DNA of 64,000 bases, from assembly GCA_029856045.1 (NCBI GenBank), contig JAHQWG010000039.1, positions 1 through 64,000 on the forward strand. The letters are read 5' to 3'. Positions 61,263 through 64,000 of the stretch are shown here, one piece after another (position 1 is the first letter of the stretch; every line of letters starts with the position of its first letter). Position numbers and translations under genes: made by a program. Below the pieces are notes generated by a model. That model was not told where the DNA came from and searched no databases. It saw nothing but the letters and a program-made list of their open reading frames with translations. The DNA is from Promethearchaeia archaeon. GTDB lineage: Archaea > Asgardarchaeota > Lokiarchaeia > Sigyniarchaeales > SOKP01.

Positions 61263-62483
61263 TTATTTGCCCCACATTCTAACCATTTCTCTTGAAATAA
61301 GGTATCTCATAATTTCTACAGTACCAGCTGATATTTGTCCAACTTTTGCATCTCGATAATAGCGTTCTAATGGATATTCTTCAGTGTATCCAAGTCCACC
61401 AACAACCTGTATGGCTTCTTGAGTAATTTTAACTGCATCATCTGCAGTTCGGGCCTTAATTGCAGCTACTGAAGCTCTACAATAATGACCATCATCAAGC
61501 ATTCTGGCAATTTGAATTACAGCCATTCTATTTATCTCTATAGACATAAACATTTCACTAAGTTTAAATGAAATCCCCTCAAATGAATAAAGAGGTTTTC
61601 TAAATTGCACACGTCTATGTGCGTATTTGTATGCCACTTCAAATGCACTTCTTGAGATGCCGATATATTGAGACGCAGTAAAAGTTCGTTCCCCATCAAG
61701 ACCAAAAAGCAATACATCTAATCCCGCATTTTCTTTATGAAGCACATTTTCAACTGACACCTTACAATTATTAAATCGCAGATGTGAATTAGGCATTCCT
61801 CTGCGTCCCAGATGTTTATAATCTTTGATAACTTCAAAACCAGGAGTATCAGTTTCAAATATAAATGCTGTAATACCTTGATGAGGTCTTACTTTATCAT
61901 TTGTTATTGCATATAAGCAAATATAATCAGCCACACTGCCATTTGTTATGAAACACTTCTCTCCATTGAGGATATAATGATCCCCTTCTCTTTTAGCTTT
62001 TAATTTCATTCCACCAATTGCATCAGATCCCCCTGTAGGTTCTGTTACACCTATCGCACCAATTTTTGTGCCATCAGCAATTCCTGAAAGAAATTTCTTC
62101 TTTTGCTCTGGAGTTCCAAATTCTATAACAGGACCAGCAAATAAACATGAAGATGCTCCAAATGTACTTGCTAAAGCATAATTGAAAGCAGTTAATTCTT
62201 CACCAAAAATAGTACGATATAAAACCCCTTTACCAAGACCTCCAGCCTCTTCTGGGATAATTATATTTAAATAAGGCTTCATTTTTCGTAAAGTTTCAAC
62301 TACAAGCTCATAATTTCTCTCCCTATCAATTTTTTCTACAACAGGTTCAACATTTTCTTTACACCACTTGCGTACTTCCATCCGGAAATTATTTTCTTCA
62401 TTGGAATAATAGTGCAGAGTTTTAGGCATACAAGAATATCCATATTCCAAATTCAAATCTTCAAAATGAACATGTCCTTCCAT
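61263..62483 (-). CDS. acyl-CoA dehydrogenase
   Basis: TEPTGGSD, LNGEKCFITNG, RVQF, AIQVVGGLGY, ERYYRDAK. Confidence 0.95.
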   Translation of the reverse strand: MEGHVHFEDLNLEYGYSCMPKTLHYYSNEENNFRMEVRKWCKENVEPVVEKIDRERNYELVVETLRKMKPYLNIIIPEEAGGLGKGVLYRTIFGEELTAFNYALASTFGASSCLFAGPVIEFGTPEQKKKFLSGIADGTKIGAIGVTEPTGGSDAIGGMKLKAKREGDHYILNGEKCFITNGSVADYICLYAITNDKVRPHQGITAFIFETDTPGFEVIKDYKHLGRRGMPNSHLRFNNCKVSVENVLHKENAGLDVLLFGLDGERTFTASQYIGISRSAFEVAYKYAHRRVQFRKPLYSFEGISFKLSEMFMSIEINRMAVIQIARMLDDGHYCRASVAAIKARTADDAVKITQEAIQVVGGLGYTEEYPLERYYRDAKVGQISAGTVEIMRYLISREMVRMWGK

Positions 62484-62634
62484 TTACATCACAATTAAAA
62501 TAGTACGATTTATTGAATTAGTAAATTATTAATTCGTTTAAAGGATATTTAAATTGTAATTCTTTAACATTTTTCTTACTTTTAAAAATATCTATAGAAA
62601 GGATTTAAAGTGTGAAAAAGTTTTTATAAAATTT

Positions 62635-64000
62635 TTAAAAGATAGTTGTCATTTTATAAGTGCCATAAACTTCTTTTAATATATCACAAATTTCCCCAGT
62701 AGTAGCATATACTTTTACGGCATTTATCAAATAAGGCATTAAATTCTCATCAGTTTTAGCAACTTCTTTGATTTTAATAAGTTTCTCATGCACAAGATTG
62801 TTATCTCTTGACTCTTTAATTTTCTTTAATTTATCAATCTGTTGTTGCTCAATTTCCGGATCTGATTTTAAAATCTCCAACTTTAAATCTTCTTTATCAA
62901 TTTGAAATTTATTTACTCCAATTACAATTTGTTCTCCCTTCTCAATGGATTGTTGTATTTTATATGCATTTTCTTGGATTTCTTTTTGAATATAACCGTT
63001 TTCTATCGCATTAATTGCGCCTCCTTGTTGTTCAATTTTTTTAATTATTTTAAACGCTTCCTCCTCCATTTGATTTGTTAGTGATTCCAAATAGTATGAT
63101 CCGCCAATTGGATCTATTACATTTCCAGCACCAGTTTCATATGCGATTATTTGTTGAGTTCGTAATGATAAACGTACAGAATCTTTACTTGGAAGACTTA
63201 GAGCTTCATCTCTACTACTCGAATGAATTGATTGAGCTCCTCCCAATACAGAAGCAAGAGTTTGAATGGCAACTCTTATTAAATTTACATCGGGTTGCTG
63301 AGCGGTTAATGAGGAACCGATAGTTTGAGCATGAAATCTTAATTGCATTGATTTTAAATTTTTTGCTTTAAATCTGTTTTTTATTATTTTAGCCCATATT
63401 CTTCTTGCAGCTCTAAATTTAGCAATTTCTTCAAAAAAGTCATTATAAGTACAAAAGAAGAAAGCTAATCGACTTGCAAATTGATCAATATCTAAACCCC
63501 GTTTTAATACTTCTTCCACATACGCTATTGCATTTGTTAAAGTAAAGGCAATCTCCTGAACTGCTGTTGCTCCAGCTTCTCGAATATGATACCCTGAGAT
63601 GCTTATTGTATTAAAATGAGGGAGTTTTTTTGAACAATACTCGATTACATCGGCGACTAACTTCATAGATGGGATGGGTGGGAAAATATAGGTATTTCTA
63701 GCAATATATTCTTTTAAAATATCATTTTGCACAGTTCCACGTAATTTATCTATAGATACACCTTGTTTTTCAGCCAATGCGATATACATCGCAAGAATTA
63801 TAGCAGTAGGAGCATTGATGGTCATAGAGGTGCTAACTTGGTCTAACGGAATACCTTCAAAAAGATCTTCCATATCCTTTAATGAGGAAATTGGTACTCC
63901 CGTCTTTCCAACCTCTCCTTGAGCTAAAATATGGTCACTATCAAAACCCATCTGGGTACATAAATCAAAAGCGACGCTTAGGCCAGTCTGACCATGTTCA
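62635..64000 (-). CDS. methylmalonyl-CoA mutase large (substrate-binding) subunit, 5'-truncated by the window edge
   Basis: GQTGLSVAFDL.TQMG.DSD, STSMTIN, QNDILKEYIARNT (Arg typical of MCM rather than ICM), SISGYHIREAG; no cobalamin-binding domain. Confidence 0.92.
   Translation of the reverse strand, partial: EHGQTGLSVAFDLCTQMGFDSDHILAQGEVGKTGVPISSLKDMEDLFEGIPLDQVSTSMTINAPTAIILAMYIALAEKQGVSIDKLRGTVQNDILKEYIARNTYIFPPIPSMKLVADVIEYCSKKLPHFNTISISGYHIREAGATAVQEIAFTLTNAIAYVEEVLKRGLDIDQFASRLAFFFCTYNDFFEEIAKFRAARRIWAKIIKNRFKAKNLKSMQLRFHAQTIGSSLTAQQPDVNLIRVAIQTLASVLGGAQSIHSSSRDEALSLPSKDSVRLSLRTQQIIAYETGAGNVIDPIGGSYYLESLTNQMEEEAFKIIKKIEQQGGAINAIENGYIQKEIQENAYKIQQSIEKGEQIVIGVNKFQIDKEDLKLEILKSDPEIEQQQIDKLKKIKESRDNNLVHEKLIKIKEVAKTDENLMPYLINAVKVYATTGEICDILKEVYGTYKMTTIF

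Noticed and set aside
155-63323. The many 60-165 aa ORFs in the track that overlap larger genes (e.g. 3558-3773, 19268-19567, 27697-28068, 39255-39749, 43898-44248, 59229-59678)
   Set aside because: Antisense or alternate-frame shadows of well-supported genes, with no recognisable motifs
1-64000. tRNA/rRNA genes, transposases, integrases, selenoprotein UGA codons
   Set aside because: None recognised by eye; tRNAscan-SE, ISEScan and a SECIS search would be needed to exclude them formally

Overview
This is a very AT-rich, gene-dense archaeal chromosomal segment. It most likely comes from an Asgard archaeon (Lokiarchaeia/Promethearchaeota); this is inferred from the archaeal ribosomal proteins L38e/L40e, the thermosome, ND-AspRS, an Alba-like protein, an Rpn11/CSN5-like JAMM protein and many fatty-acid and peptide fermentation genes. 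Layout: (i) 0-15.6 kb: redox and fermentation enzymes (KDSR-like SDR, methanogenesis-marker-16-like Fe-S protein, VOC protein, TPP enzyme, Zn-ADH, URO-D family, SDR, OYE, AcdA, IorAB). (ii) 15.8-27.1 kb: a complete A/V-type ATPase operon K-C-H-F-E-A-B-D-I, then a Zn-ribbon membrane protein and a SECOND full-length subunit A in which the conserved GER arginine is replaced by Pro. Three subunit genes appear to begin at non-canonical codons. (iii) 27-41 kb: two AORs, an acyl-CoA ligase, a class III aminotransferase, a eukaryote-type xylulokinase, a GH106 and an Fe-ADH. (iv) 41-55 kb: housekeeping and translation genes. This block contains an ORF-free ~630-nt element (49315-49946, minus strand) with a TATA box, long closing helix, repeated hairpin modules, a predicted pseudoknot and an oligo-T terminator, which is a candidate undescribed large ncRNA. 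An Alba-like protein with a prion-like (NYG)6/(NNK)4 insertion lies nearby. (v) 55-64 kb: an ABC transporter and beta-oxidation/methylmalonyl-CoA mutase genes. No CRISPR array, tRNA, rRNA or transposase was recognised. All family calls come from motif recognition by eye, not from database searches.
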